Notes under the pieces: generated by a model | What the model saw: the letters and a program-made list of their open reading frames with translations, nothing else | The model's database searches: none | Told to the model about the DNA's origin: nothing | Position numbers and translations under genes: made by a program | Part shown: positions 29,219-38,803 of the stretch, one piece after another | How the letters are laid out: every line of letters starts with the position of its first letter | How positions within the stretch are numbered: position 1 is the stretch's first letter | IMG/VR virus record: IMGVR_UViG_3300025327_001907 | Span: 1 to 54,401 of that record | Strand: one strand, 5' to 3' | From: a virus | Lineage: Duplodnaviria; Caudoviricetes | Length of the DNA stretch: 54,401 nt

Positions 29219-29575
29219 CTAGTCCGAGCCCGTCTCGCGCGCGCTAGGCGCGTCAGAGGCGGAGACTCGACTGGTTCGCCGGCGCCCGTCACTCGCCCTG
29301 TTGGACGGCGTAGACGCTTCCAACGGCGCCGGTTCCGCGGAAGGAACTTCCAGATCCAGTGCCGGCGCTCGCTTAACGGGCGGCGGGGGCGGCGTCCAGA
29401 CCGACAGGTGCGGGCCGTGAACCCACCGCTCGAAGAACCACTCGCGATCGGATTCATCGATCTCGAATGGCTCCCTGTAAGGCACGAAATATGCCGTGCC
29501 GTCAGGGGTGGTGACGTTATGCCTCTGGATGCCGTCCGGCGGACTGTAGACCACCGTCAGCTTGCCCCGAGCCAT
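29219..29575 (-). CDS. hypothetical protein
   Basis: GGGAGG RBS; downstream of class II promoter. Confidence 0.65.
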   Translation of the reverse strand: MARGKLTVVYSPPDGIQRHNVTTPDGTAYFVPYREPFEIDESDREWFFERWVHGPHLSVWTPPPPPVKRAPALDLEVPSAEPAPLEASTPSNRASDGRRRTSRVSASDAPSARETGSD

Positions 29576-29600
29576 GAATTCACCTCCCAGTCGGATTCAG

Positions 29601-29641
29601 ATTATGATCCGGCGGTGCCGTCCGCAAATTATTGTGCCCCC
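29601..29641 (-). promoter_or_regulatory. class II (late) promoter GGGGGCACAA-N25-CATAAT
   Basis: One of five copies, all in the morphogenesis region. Confidence 0.65.
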
Positions 29642-29643
29642 CG

Positions 29644-30105
29644 CTAAGAGGGCAATTCCTGGCGATCCGCCACCTTGCAGTGATAGAGCGCCCGGCCATG
29701 CCAGACCTTCTGGTCGATGTCGTAGCTTCGCGTCGCGGGGCCGTCCTGGAGACAGAACCAGGCCATCAAGCCCGTTCCATCGCCCGGATTGGTGGAAAGG
29801 TCGAAATTGTCAAGGAGGGCGCGGACGCGATCTTCGATCTGGTCAACCACGTCGGAGGTGGCGTCCCGGCCCCAGACGTGGACTTCGCACCGAATGTCGC
29901 GAATGACGTTCGTCTGTTGAGAACCGTCCCCTACGTCCTGGGTCTTGTTGAAGCTCACCCAGTATTGGTTTCTGAGGGCCGCCTCGCTGTGAAACTGCAC
30001 CTGTGTCTGGTAGACGTGAGGGTCGGTCTCGTCGGCGCCGAGCAGATCGCGGAGCTGCGTGTCTCCCGTGAGGCGCGTGAAGATCGATCTATACAACGGC
30101 AGCAT
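29644..30105 (-). CDS. tail terminator (DUF3168-like)
   Basis: IFTRLTGD..L, EVHVW, IEDRVRALL; position. Confidence 0.75.
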   Translation of the reverse strand: MLPLYRSIFTRLTGDTQLRDLLGADETDPHVYQTQVQFHSEAALRNQYWVSFNKTQDVGDGSQQTNVIRDIRCEVHVWGRDATSDVVDQIEDRVRALLDNFDLSTNPGDGTGLMAWFCLQDGPATRSYDIDQKVWHGRALYHCKVADRQELPS

Positions 30106-30116
30106 CGTTCACCCCT

Positions 30117-30329
30117 CTACTGCGGCCGCCAGGCGAAGCTGTCGGTGAAACAGACCTCAAACGTGCCGGTGGCGGTGGTCAAGAGAAGCCGGTACATATG
30201 CAGCCCCTCGTACGCACTGTGATCGATACAGATCGACTGCACCTTCCCGAGCCCCTGTCCGGCGAACGAGGCGTTCTTGCCGACCACGAACTGGCCGCCG
30301 ACGAATTCCACTGACTGGGCATGGATCAC
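30117..30329 (-). CDS. hypothetical protein
   Basis: GGGAGG RBS; fills gap. Confidence 0.55.
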   Translation of the reverse strand: MIHAQSVEFVGGQFVVGKNASFAGQGLGKVQSICIDHSAYEGLHMYRLLLTTATGTFEVCFTDSFAWRPQ

Positions 30330-30355
30330 TAGGCAACCTCCCTGCTGGGAGTTAC

Positions 30356-30745
30356 CTATCCACCCGGAACGTGGATAGCCGCGACCCGCGCGTTGGCACT
30401 TACCGCGTCGTAGTTGACGAACACGAACCCGGCCGGGTTGGACTGATTGAAGAGCAAAGGCGGGAACGGCCCCAGCACTCCGACGGTATCGACTGCGACG
30501 GTCAAAGTCAGGTCGCCCGTGCGGCTGTACGGGTCGGCAACAGACACAACCGTGACGACCGTCTCCTGTACAGATGCGCCGCCAAACCCGTTGATGAACA
30601 ACAGGATCGTGCGGCCGAAGGCGTTGCTGAATTGTCCGTCGTTAGCCGCCACGGGGGCGGCGATAGTTGCGGTGACGCCGCCGGAGCCCGCACCTCCGAC
30701 AAGATTGATCGCAGCGTTCGTGATGGCGATGGTATCGCGAGCCAT
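30356..30745 (-). CDS. putative virion structural/decoration protein
   Basis: Beta-rich, GPFPP..FNQ; AGGAG RBS. Confidence 0.6.
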   Translation of the reverse strand: MARDTIAITNAAINLVGGAGSGGVTATIAAPVAANDGQFSNAFGRTILLFINGFGGASVQETVVTVVSVADPYSRTGDLTLTVAVDTVGVLGPFPPLLFNQSNPAGFVFVNYDAVSANARVAAIHVPGG

Positions 30746-30766
30746 AGCAGTCGCTCCTGAGATCGC

Positions 30767-30898
30767 CTAGCGAAATGCCGGGCACTTCATCGGACGTGGT
30801 TCGGGTTGACGCACCTGTCGCGCCACGCCGTTCCGCATCTCGACACGCTTCGAGTCGGGCTTCCCCTTAACGCTTGGAGCCGCAAGGCGCCTAGCCAT
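30767..30898 (-). CDS. small basic protein (43 aa), not in the ORF track
   Basis: MARRLAAPSVK...; GGGAGG RBS, downstream of a class II promoter. Confidence 0.55.
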   Translation of the reverse strand: MARRLAAPSVKGKPDSKRVEMRNGVARQVRQPEPRPMKCPAFR

Positions 30899-30917
30899 CG
30901 GTTTCCACCTCCCTGAA

Positions 30918-30959
30918 ATATTAGAGCATCACGGGCCGTTCAGTAGCAGTTGTGCCCCC
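30918..30959 (-). promoter_or_regulatory. class II promoter GGGGGCACAA-N26-TAATAT
   Basis: Repeated motif, intergenic. Confidence 0.6.
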
Positions 30960-31366
30960 TAGGGTTTGTCCCCCTTCTGGGCAAACTGGGAGCTTTCCTG
31001 GCTGTACGCCTCGACGCGGAGGAGTTGGTGGTGCCCCCGGCCGGCTTCATCCAGCACCGCAAACACGCGGTAGACCCGCAAAGGACTCGTGCCTTCTTCT
31101 TCGATCAGGTCGTCGAGCTGTGCGTCCACCGCGTTCGTCGTGTCCCCGAGCCACAGGCGGAACTCGTCCTGCCGAAACAGACCGCCACGGACGGGCCGTT
31201 CGCCGGGGGGCGGGAGATTGGACAGCACGTGCGCCTGGATTGCCCCAGGAACACCAGACGCGATCGTGACAGACGTGGCCTCACTGGCGGAGCCACTGGG
31301 AGAGACCACGCGTTGCCGGCGCTTGATGGTGAACGTGCGGTTCATCCCGAGGAGTCGGCGCACCAT
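30959..31366 (-). CDS. head closure (SPP1 gp16-like) protein
   Basis: Position after connector; YRVFAV..HHQL. Confidence 0.7.
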   Translation of the reverse strand: MVRRLLGMNRTFTIKRRQRVVSPSGSASEATSVTIASGVPGAIQAHVLSNLPPPGERPVRGGLFRQDEFRLWLGDTTNAVDAQLDDLIEEEGTSPLRVYRVFAVLDEAGRGHHQLLRVEAYSQESSQFAQKGDKP

Positions 31367-31378
31367 TGGACAAGCCCC

Positions 31379-32269
31379 CTAGCGCAAGGAGATGTGCTTG
31401 TAGCCGTAGAGAATGTCGGCCGCGACTGTTGGAACGAACGGGAACCCTCCAAGGCCACGTCCATCATCCGCAGAGCCGTAGGTGACGCTATAGCTGCCGA
31501 TTACGAAGCTCCGCACACCCGTGGCCCCTTCCTCACTCTGCTGGCGGGCCGCGATGATGCTGCCCACGATCATCGCCACGGCAAGCTGGACTTCGTAGGG
31601 GATGGCGAGCGTCAGCTTCGACAGTACGGCGCCGGCGGTGTGCTGGGCGGCGTGGATGCCGTTCGTGGCCACGTCTCGGATGACGGTGACAGTGTTACCG
31701 TCCACGATCGCAATAACCCACATCGACTCATCACCGAAACGGATCACGTCGTCCACGGCCAGGCCCGCCGTCGTACTCACGTCGAACGTAGTGTCATCAG
31801 CGTCGATGGTGTTGGTTAGCGTGATGGCTTGAGCTGCGAAGGCGCCGTAGCCCGTCTTGTAGGTGATGTCGGCCACGACCTCGATAAGGCCGAGTGAAAT
31901 CAGCTCCGCGGTCAGGGGGATGGCCGTGGCAAGAGAGACCACCTCGACATAGCCGAGACGGCTGTTAACGAACAGATCGGAGAGCCGGATGTCCGCGCGC
32001 TGCCCGGAACCGATGTGAATCGTGAAAGATTTCACGGCGTTGATCGGGATCGGCGTGTTGTCGGGGTAGAGACGGCGGGTATCCGTCCACATATGGCGCT
32101 CGGTCAGCGCGGCGAGATCGAATGTGATACCAGCGTAGTTGTCCGCGATCCGGCTCGCCTGTCGGATGTAGTCCTCAAGCTGCGGGTCAGTGATGCCGGT
32201 CAAATCCATCCCGGTCAAGTAATCCCGGAAATTCTGGGCCGTAATGTACGGTGTGCCTACAAGTGCCAT
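31379..32269 (-). CDS. head-tail connector (gp15/gp6-like) with inserted beta module
   Basis: ASRIADNYAG, ITYKTGY, IPYEVQLA, SFVIGSYSVTY. Confidence 0.8.
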   Translation of the reverse strand: MALVGTPYITAQNFRDYLTGMDLTGITDPQLEDYIRQASRIADNYAGITFDLAALTERHMWTDTRRLYPDNTPIPINAVKSFTIHIGSGQRADIRLSDLFVNSRLGYVEVVSLATAIPLTAELISLGLIEVVADITYKTGYGAFAAQAITLTNTIDADDTTFDVSTTAGLAVDDVIRFGDESMWVIAIVDGNTVTVIRDVATNGIHAAQHTAGAVLSKLTLAIPYEVQLAVAMIVGSIIAARQQSEEGATGVRSFVIGSYSVTYGSADDGRGLGGFPFVPTVAADILYGYKHISLR

Positions 32270-32275
32270 GTTGGT

Positions 32276-32689
32276 TTATGCGACCGCGCGTACGCGGCGC
32301 CTCCGTTCCCGAGTTCGTGCGTAGTGACACGTCTTGCATCGCCGGTGGCCGTCGCGTTCGACGATGGTGTTTTGCTTTGTGTAAAGGTGATCCGAAGGGC
32401 ACTTTGTCTTTCGTTTTTGCCAGGCCGCACCGCCAGCAAGTGTGTTGCAGCGTAGGTGTGAGAAGGCGATGTTCTCTAGGTTGAAGAAGTTTGCCTTCGG
32501 ATCGGGAGCGGATTGCCAGGGAGCCTTGTGCTCGATGGACAGGTCGTCCACGCCCTCGATTCGCTGGCCGCAGCGGAAGCAGTTTCCCCGACCCGATTCT
32601 TGGGCGAATTGTAGTAGCAACATCCGTTGTAGTCGATAATTCGCCGACGTGTACCGTGCGCCTAAAAGACGAGACTTTTTATCGCTCAT
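32276..32689 (-). CDS. HNH endonuclease with C-terminal Zn motif
   Basis: CFRC, IEHKAPW, NIAFSHLRCN; CPSDH..RRCKTC. Confidence 0.82.
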   Translation of the reverse strand: MSDKKSRLLGARYTSANYRLQRMLLLQFAQESGRGNCFRCGQRIEGVDDLSIEHKAPWQSAPDPKANFFNLENIAFSHLRCNTLAGGAAWQKRKTKCPSDHLYTKQNTIVERDGHRRCKTCHYARTRERRRRVRAVA

Positions 32690-32710
32690 CGTTGACCCCT
32701 GAGACGAACA

Positions 32711-32742
32711 GAGCGGGTCACCGTCCGGGTGGTGACCCGCTC
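32711..32742 (-). terminator. intrinsic terminator after the capsid gene
   Basis: 12-bp perfect stem GAGCGGGTCACC/GGTGACCCGCTC, followed by TGTT on minus strand. Confidence 0.7.
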
Positions 32743-32771
32743 ATACACTCCGGTTCAGGTTCCACTCACGC

Positions 32772-34052
32772 TTAGAGCGTGGTCGGGACGCGGAGCTTCG
32801 CGATGAAGTTCGGCACGCGAACGGCCAGACCGTTCATGTACACGAGCAGGTACAGCTTCGTGAGCGCGCCCGTGACACCGAACGGCAGCTCGATGACGGT
32901 CGGGGAGTCAGAGCCCAGGTAGGGCACCGCGACCACGGACTCGTCGAGCACGAAGGAGTCGCGCACCGAGATGGCGTTCGCCGTGTAAGCCGCCCAGTCG
33001 GCGCCCGGCACCGGCACCAGCGGCACCTCGCCCGAACCCGGCATGTAGGTCGCGATCACCCGCGGCAGACCGGGCACGACCTCGACGCGCTCGCTGTCCA
33101 CGAATCGGCGGAACGGCTGGAGCTGGTTGGCCAGCACCACGTTGTCGGAAGCGTGGATCAGGACGACCGAGGCGCGGCCGCCGTTGTTGACGATCAGGTT
33201 GTCGGTGCGACCGAGGGCCTCCAAGATGGTGTCCGTACCCAGCTCGCGAATGTTCGCGGCCGGGACGGTGCGCCGGAGACCGTCGTGGGCGTTCGCGTCG
33301 AACGGGCCGTCGTTGTCCGCGCCACCGGCGGGGGCGCTGGCGTTGCCCTGAAGGAGCGTCTGCTGACATCGAGCCGCGAGCGACTCGACGCCGAAGTTGA
33401 TCTCCATCTGCTCCGCGTTCCAGCCCATGCCGCCGGCCCGCACCGCGAGCTGCTCCTTCATCGAGGTGCCCACGCGCACTGCCAGCACAGCGATGTTCGT
33501 GGTTGCCCGCGTGTACACGCCGGTGCTGTCCGGCACGGTGGCCGTCTCAGCGATGTACGCCGGCGTGGGCCGCGCGTCAACGCGCTGGAAGGTGTGAACG
33601 AGACCGTTCGCCGGCACCTTGTCCAGCCTCGCGAACACCGGGAAGCGGCGCACAAACGAGGCGTAGATGAGGGGCTCCAGATCCTGTCGGATCAGGGCCG
33701 CGCCACCGGCGGCGTCGAGGAACTTGCTCGTGAAGTCGTCCTGCGCGAGCTTCTGTCGAGCCTCCGAAGTCCACTCGGAGATCGGGATGCCGGCGCCCTG
33801 CGCCGATCCGAACTCCGCCTGGTCGGCGATGGCCGCCTTCAGTTCAGCCGGAGGCAGCAGGAGCGCCTTCGCGCGGGTCTCCATGATCTGGCGACGCCGC
33901 GAGTGGACGACGATCGCGTCCTGTCCGCCCTCCGCGTGAAGCGTGGGCGGTGGCGCGTTTTCATCCGGCGCAGGGGGCTGTGCCAGCTTCTCGATGTCGT
34001 TCAGCACCTCGCGCAGGCGGTCGGCGTACTGAGAAAGATCCGGTGTCGCCAT
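32772..34052 (-). CDS. major capsid protein (HK97 fold)
   Basis: ALIRQDLEP, AYIAE, LLQGN, HDGLR; strong codon bias; position. Confidence 0.9.
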   Translation of the reverse strand: MATPDLSQYADRLREVLNDIEKLAQPPAPDENAPPPTLHAEGGQDAIVVHSRRRQIMETRAKALLLPPAELKAAIADQAEFGSAQGAGIPISEWTSEARQKLAQDDFTSKFLDAAGGAALIRQDLEPLIYASFVRRFPVFARLDKVPANGLVHTFQRVDARPTPAYIAETATVPDSTGVYTRATTNIAVLAVRVGTSMKEQLAVRAGGMGWNAEQMEINFGVESLAARCQQTLLQGNASAPAGGADNDGPFDANAHDGLRRTVPAANIRELGTDTILEALGRTDNLIVNNGGRASVVLIHASDNVVLANQLQPFRRFVDSERVEVVPGLPRVIATYMPGSGEVPLVPVPGADWAAYTANAISVRDSFVLDESVVAVPYLGSDSPTVIELPFGVTGALTKLYLLVYMNGLAVRVPNFIAKLRVPTTL

Positions 34053-34078
34053 GATCGTACTCCTTCTGGGTTTCGACC

Positions 34079-36043
34079 CTAAGCCGTCCGGCGAGCCGAG
34101 ACCTGCTCAAGTCGTGCCACGATGTCAGGATGCATCTTGGAAGATCGCGTCGCAAGTGTTTGTGCCCCCTGCGCGATCTCCCGAGTGGTGATGGTGCCGA
34201 GCGGCAGCTCAAACACGGCGTCGAGCAACTTGACCGATGTCTCGATGGTGTCCTGGAGATCCTTGATCTCCAACTGGGCCACAGCGAGCGCGGCGAGCGC
34301 CTGGTCGCGTTCGTCCGCGACGGCGGAAGCGCGCTTCGCGATATCCGCCACGAGAGCGGCGCCAGCGCGAACCGGCGTGTCCCACTGGGAGACGCGCTCC
34401 TGGAATCGTGCGAGCGCGGTTGCCGCCTCGCTGAGTTCCTTGGATTCGTCCTCATCCGACTCCGCCAACGCGGCTTCGAGCGTGTCGATCGTGTCGTTCC
34501 ACGTCTGGGCGAGGAAGTCATCGAAGGCCGCTTCCTTGACCGCCTCAATGCCAGCGGAGCGTCGGTCGCTCGTGGACATCTCAGTGCTCATGAGGATGCT
34601 GTAGAGCTTGTCCAGCGTGAAGAAGAAGCCGTCGAAGAGGGTACCGACCATCTGGTCGCACACCTCGTACGTCGCGGCGCCTTCGGCCGCGGATTCCTGG
34701 CGCACAGCTCCCTCTTCGCCGCCAGCGGGCGGAGGCGTGGATGACTTGTCGTCGTCCTCGTCCATATCGCCGACGATCTCCTCAGAGGCAGACATGATGA
34801 GATCCATGAGGCGCTGCTGAGATTCGGCCGTCGCCGTGGACGGGTCGTCCATGTGTGCCTGGTGAAGCGTGATAGCCTCTTCGAGAATGTGAGAAGCCTC
34901 GCCGGCGGATTCCATGACGGACTTCCGTTCGACTGGTTCCTCGGCCGCGAATGTTTCTGCGAAGGGCCGAAGTTCGTTCAGCAGGCCCACTGCGATCAGC
35001 TCGTCGGTGACCTCGCGTTCGAACGGCGTCCAATCGCTGTCCTTCTCGCGCTCCCAAGGTGGCGTCTCACCAAACTGGTCATAGTGACCACCGAGGTGAC
35101 TCTTCACCCCATCCATGTCTCCTTCAGGGATGCTTACGCCGCCGCGGCCGCCCTGGACAACCACGGCCGCAGCCACGACGCCCTTCCAAACAGTCTTGAA
35201 AGCGTCGTCCACGATATCGTGGTGGGGCATCTTGTATGAGCCGAACGACTCGGCGGACTCCTCGTTAAACCAGGCGAAGCCCTTCCGGTACTTCGTCCAG
35301 CTCATGTTCTCCTTCTCGGGGCCGCCGGCCCACGTGCGCAGGTGCTTGACCGCCTCGGAAGCACTCCACGTCATGTCGGGATCGGCCTTCGCGGGTTTGT
35401 GGCCGGCGACGGCTGCCTTGAGCCAAGGACGGGATTCGACATCCGCCTCGTCCAGCTCCAGCTCACCGCGAGTCACGAGAGACTTGACGGCCTGCTGTGT
35501 CCAACACGTCTGGTTTGCCGGGATACCGACGATGCTCGCTTCAAGCGCGATGACACTCGTCAGTTCGACGATCTTCCGGCCGTTGTCGTCTTCATCCTCA
35601 GTGCGATTCCATTCGAGGACAATCACGCCGACGGAGACACCCAGCCGGGTGCCGTTGGCGATCATGCCATAGACCTGCATCGCGCGAGGGTTGCCCGTCT
35701 CAACGGCGATGATGATGTCGAGGTCGAGACGACTATTTTCCCGCTCGACAATCGTGCAGTCCTCCATCACGCCGAACACGTCCTCGGGGACGGCGTAGCG
35801 GTGGTTCAGGAACGCCAGCTTACCCTTGAAGCCAGACTTCATCTGCTTCAGGGCAGCCTTGGTGAAACGATCGCCTTCGAGGTCGATGGCATCCGAGGAG
35901 GCCGTAGCCAACAGGCGTGGGCGCCCGTCTTCGGACTCGTCCGCGGCCTTGAAAATCTTCAGCGCGCTCGTCTGAACGTAGAAGTCAGGGTGGCGCCCGT
36001 CTGATTCAACGGGCGGCCGAGGCGCATCGAGCTTGGTGGTCAT
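34079..36043 (-). CDS. prohead protease fused to scaffold
   Basis: ASSDAIDLEGD, FLNH, GVSVG, EASIVGIPAN; acidic coiled-coil C-terminus. Confidence 0.9.
   Translation of the reverse strand: MTTKLDAPRPPVESDGRHPDFYVQTSALKIFKAADESEDGRPRLLATASSDAIDLEGDRFTKAALKQMKSGFKGKLAFLNHRYAVPEDVFGVMEDCTIVERENSRLDLDIIIAVETGNPRAMQVYGMIANGTRLGVSVGVIVLEWNRTEDEDDNGRKIVELTSVIALEASIVGIPANQTCWTQQAVKSLVTRGELELDEADVESRPWLKAAVAGHKPAKADPDMTWSASEAVKHLRTWAGGPEKENMSWTKYRKGFAWFNEESAESFGSYKMPHHDIVDDAFKTVWKGVVAAAVVVQGGRGGVSIPEGDMDGVKSHLGGHYDQFGETPPWEREKDSDWTPFEREVTDELIAVGLLNELRPFAETFAAEEPVERKSVMESAGEASHILEEAITLHQAHMDDPSTATAESQQRLMDLIMSASEEIVGDMDEDDDKSSTPPPAGGEEGAVRQESAAEGAATYEVCDQMVGTLFDGFFFTLDKLYSILMSTEMSTSDRRSAGIEAVKEAAFDDFLAQTWNDTIDTLEAALAESDEDESKELSEAATALARFQERVSQWDTPVRAGAALVADIAKRASAVADERDQALAALAVAQLEIKDLQDTIETSVKLLDAVFELPLGTITTREIAQGAQTLATRSSKMHPDIVARLEQVSARRTA
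34127..34169 (-). promoter_or_regulatory. class II promoter GGGGGCACAA-N27-CATCCT for the capsid gene
   Basis: Within the protease 3' end, upstream of the capsid ATG. Confidence 0.55.
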
Positions 36044-36067
36044 GGGAACACCTCCCGGTCAGATATC

Positions 36068-36110
36068 AAAATAACCGCCGATTCCAAGGCACCGCAATTA
36101 TTGTGCCCCC
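36068..36110 (-). promoter_or_regulatory. class II promoter GGGGGCACAA-N27-TATTTT
   Basis: Intergenic, portal to protease. Confidence 0.62.
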
Positions 36111-37735
36111 TAGTCGTCTATCTCGTCACCGTATTCGTCCACTTCGACTTCGTGGACGATCACCTGTGGCGCCAGCCGGGCAGGTTCAGGCGTGGTCAAC
36201 GTTGAACTGATGATCACGGGCGGAGTCGAGAACAACGACTCAACGTAATGCCGGCGCGCTGCGCGCTGGCCGGCGCGCAACGTGCGGGTCACAGATTCGT
36301 TGGTGCGCGCCGCTTCCTCGTCGGCTTCAGATTCCGGCGTCTCTTCCTCGTTGTCGTCACCATCGACCGGCATCTCACCAGTGATCATGTCGAGCGGCAT
36401 CGGGCCGACCGGCGTGGGGACGATGATCGTGTCACCGTTTTCCACCGGATCGCGGCCGTCCTCCGCACGCCACTCATTGATGGTTATCCAGGGGAGGCCG
36501 CCGAGCGCGGTTTTGCCCAGCTCCGCCTGGTCGCGAGACGACTTGCTGGTGCGAAAACGGAAGCGGAATGCGAGGTTCAGCACGTTCGCGTCCGGGAGAT
36601 TACGGAACACATCGCTGTGTTCCCGAGATTCAACATGCGTCAGGCCGATCGCAAGTCGGAAACGGGGCAGGTCGATTTGGCCGGAATAGTAGAGGGCCTT
36701 CGCTTTCTGCTGTGCGAACTGCGCAATGACCTGCGTGTTAAAGCTCCCTTCAACAAGCCGAAGGAGCGGCCGCAAGCCGCGGTCTTCTGAGATTTCCTGT
36801 TGCGTCTGGGCGTTGGCACGGTTTACGTCGAACGTGATGCCCAAATCCTGTGGTGCAATCCCGAAGACAGCCGCGATCTTGCGCAACAGGTAAACCTGCC
36901 ACTGCATGTACTGCATCTCACGGGCGCTCAGTCCCATATTGATGAACTGAGGGTTCTTGGCACCACCAACAATGGCCGTGTTGCGGCGTCCGGCGACTTC
37001 ACTGTCCCAATACACCTTGAACGCATCCACCTGTGCGGGGCCGATGTTCTCGCCAAGGTTGAAGATACCGTGGGGATTTGTCTGGCGGACGTTTCGCGTG
37101 TTGAAGTCACGCGCCTCCAAATCAGCGTCGATGGTCGCCTTGAGCGCTTCCAGCGCCGAAAATCCTAGGACACTGTGCGATCGTGGGTTCGCCATGAGGT
37201 AAATGATCTGTGCATCCAACAGGTTCGCTGCGAACTGGCCCCGCGGCCACCATTCATATCGTGGCTCTTGTGGATCTCCGTTCCAGAGAGGCTTGATCCG
37301 AATAGTGGCACCATCGACGAGGTACAAAGCGATTGGCAGGCCCTTGAGATTGGACTCCTTTTCCGCAACGCCGGCATCGAGGACGAGCAGGTCTTCCACC
37401 ATCGGCTCGACGAGCGCCCGGAAGTTCTTCTGCTTGGGGTTTGGATGGAGGAACAGCATCTCCATAAGCGCCTGTTCCTGTGGGTCGAAGTCCTGGGCGG
37501 GGTCGATCGGTTCGATGCTCCACTGGGCGCTAGAGACCTGGACGCGCCGGTGGTTGATCGCGGCACGAACCCATTCTGAGGTATCCGCCCAGCGGCGGAG
37601 CTGCTGCGGTGAAATTCGTGTGAGGGGCCGTGAGAGAGGCGCGTTGACACCGGGGTTCACACGAGCCGGGTCGGTGACCTGTTCCTTTTGAACGGCCGTC
37701 GCACCCCGCGCGCGCCCCAATCCGAACAGTGCCAT
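36110..37735 (-). CDS. portal protein (HK97 family)
   Basis: HPNP, DLLVLDAG, GFSALE, IAAVFGIAP, ITINEWR; start at MALFG. Confidence 0.92.
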   Translation of the reverse strand: MALFGLGRARGATAVQKEQVTDPARVNPGVNAPLSRPLTRISPQQLRRWADTSEWVRAAINHRRVQVSSAQWSIEPIDPAQDFDPQEQALMEMLFLHPNPKQKNFRALVEPMVEDLLVLDAGVAEKESNLKGLPIALYLVDGATIRIKPLWNGDPQEPRYEWWPRGQFAANLLDAQIIYLMANPRSHSVLGFSALEALKATIDADLEARDFNTRNVRQTNPHGIFNLGENIGPAQVDAFKVYWDSEVAGRRNTAIVGGAKNPQFINMGLSAREMQYMQWQVYLLRKIAAVFGIAPQDLGITFDVNRANAQTQQEISEDRGLRPLLRLVEGSFNTQVIAQFAQQKAKALYYSGQIDLPRFRLAIGLTHVESREHSDVFRNLPDANVLNLAFRFRFRTSKSSRDQAELGKTALGGLPWITINEWRAEDGRDPVENGDTIIVPTPVGPMPLDMITGEMPVDGDDNEEETPESEADEEAARTNESVTRTLRAGQRAARRHYVESLFSTPPVIISSTLTTPEPARLAPQVIVHEVEVDEYGDEIDD

Positions 37736-37745
37736 GATGTTCCGC

Positions 37746-38453
37746 CTAGTTGTCGAAGTCCGCGGTGGCCTCGTAGCGATAGGTGGGAGCCGTCGCACCA
37801 GCGACCTGCGTCCGAAGTCGCAGGCGTTCACCGAGAGGGAGCGCGCGAACCGCGATCGAGTTGTCTGCCGGGGCCGTAATGTCGCCCTGAACGCCGGTCA
37901 CACCGCCCGGCACGATGGCCGTACCGCCAACCACGATGACGGCGGCCGGCGCCGATCCGTTCTGGCCGGTGCCGTACCGCAGGTAGGCGACGTTCACCCA
38001 GTCCACGGCGTTGCGGAATACGTCATCGTTGACGGCGTGTGCTTCCAGCGCGGTGCCCTTGATCGCGCGTTCGACAGTGAGCGTCGTGCCAGAGATCGCC
38101 TCGACGAACATCTGCTCGTTGCCGACGCGGATCTCGTCTCCGAGCAGAACTGGAGCCGGCCCGCCACTGAGTTCGAGTGTCTTGTCGCCGCGATCCGCGG
38201 TCATCGCCACAGCCACGTTGAGGGTCGTATCGACGTACTGCTGACGCGGGCCGTCGTATGCCGTGTCGATCAAGAAGTCCACCTTGTCGTCGGCATCCGG
38301 CGTCGCGAGGTTCGCAAGGTTTTGAATGTGAACCGTGGCCCGGCGATAGCCATCGAGCCCAAGACGGGGGACGGCGGTTTCGCCGGCCGTAAGGGCACCG
38401 CTGTCACTCCGAAGGACGATGCCGCGAGCGGACTTCAGCAGTGCGTCAGACAT
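37746..38453 (-). CDS. putative collar/appendage structural protein
   Basis: Shares a beta module with the connector insertion. Confidence 0.65.
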   Translation of the reverse strand: MSDALLKSARGIVLRSDSGALTAGETAVPRLGLDGYRRATVHIQNLANLATPDADDKVDFLIDTAYDGPRQQYVDTTLNVAVAMTADRGDKTLELSGGPAPVLLGDEIRVGNEQMFVEAISGTTLTVERAIKGTALEAHAVNDDVFRNAVDWVNVAYLRYGTGQNGSAPAAVIVVGGTAIVPGGVTGVQGDITAPADNSIAVRALPLGERLRLRTQVAGATAPTYRYEATADFDN

Positions 38454-38459
38454 CGCGGG

Positions 38460-38801
38460 CTACTCCTGGTTTGGTGCCTCTGGCGTCTCGGGGAGACCGA
38501 GGAACCGTTCGTACAGCGGAAGCAACTCAATCCTGAGCTGCTTCCGCTCGCTCGTCTCACGCAGACGGTTGATGACAACATCGATCGCCGGTTTGGTCAG
38601 AGCGATGTCTGTCTCCTGTCCGTCCGCCTTCTCGTCCCAGTAAACGCGATCCTCATCGCGCGTGAACTTCAGACGTTCGACCTCCTCCGCCGTGAATCCA
38701 AGCACTTCCTGCGCGTCGCGAACCACGAGAAGAGTGGTCACGTCCCCCACCGAGGGAAGGATGTCCAGCAGATGCAACCGATCCGAAATCGAGAGTTGCA
38801 T
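38460..38801 (-). CDS. hypothetical protein (possible fibre chaperone)
   Basis: In-operon ORF after fibre-like gene. Confidence 0.65.
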   Translation of the reverse strand: MQLSISDRLHLLDILPSVGDVTTLLVVRDAQEVLGFTAEEVERLKFTRDEDRVYWDEKADGQETDIALTKPAIDVVINRLRETSERKQLRIELLPLYERFLGLPETPEAPNQE

Positions 38802-38803
38802 CG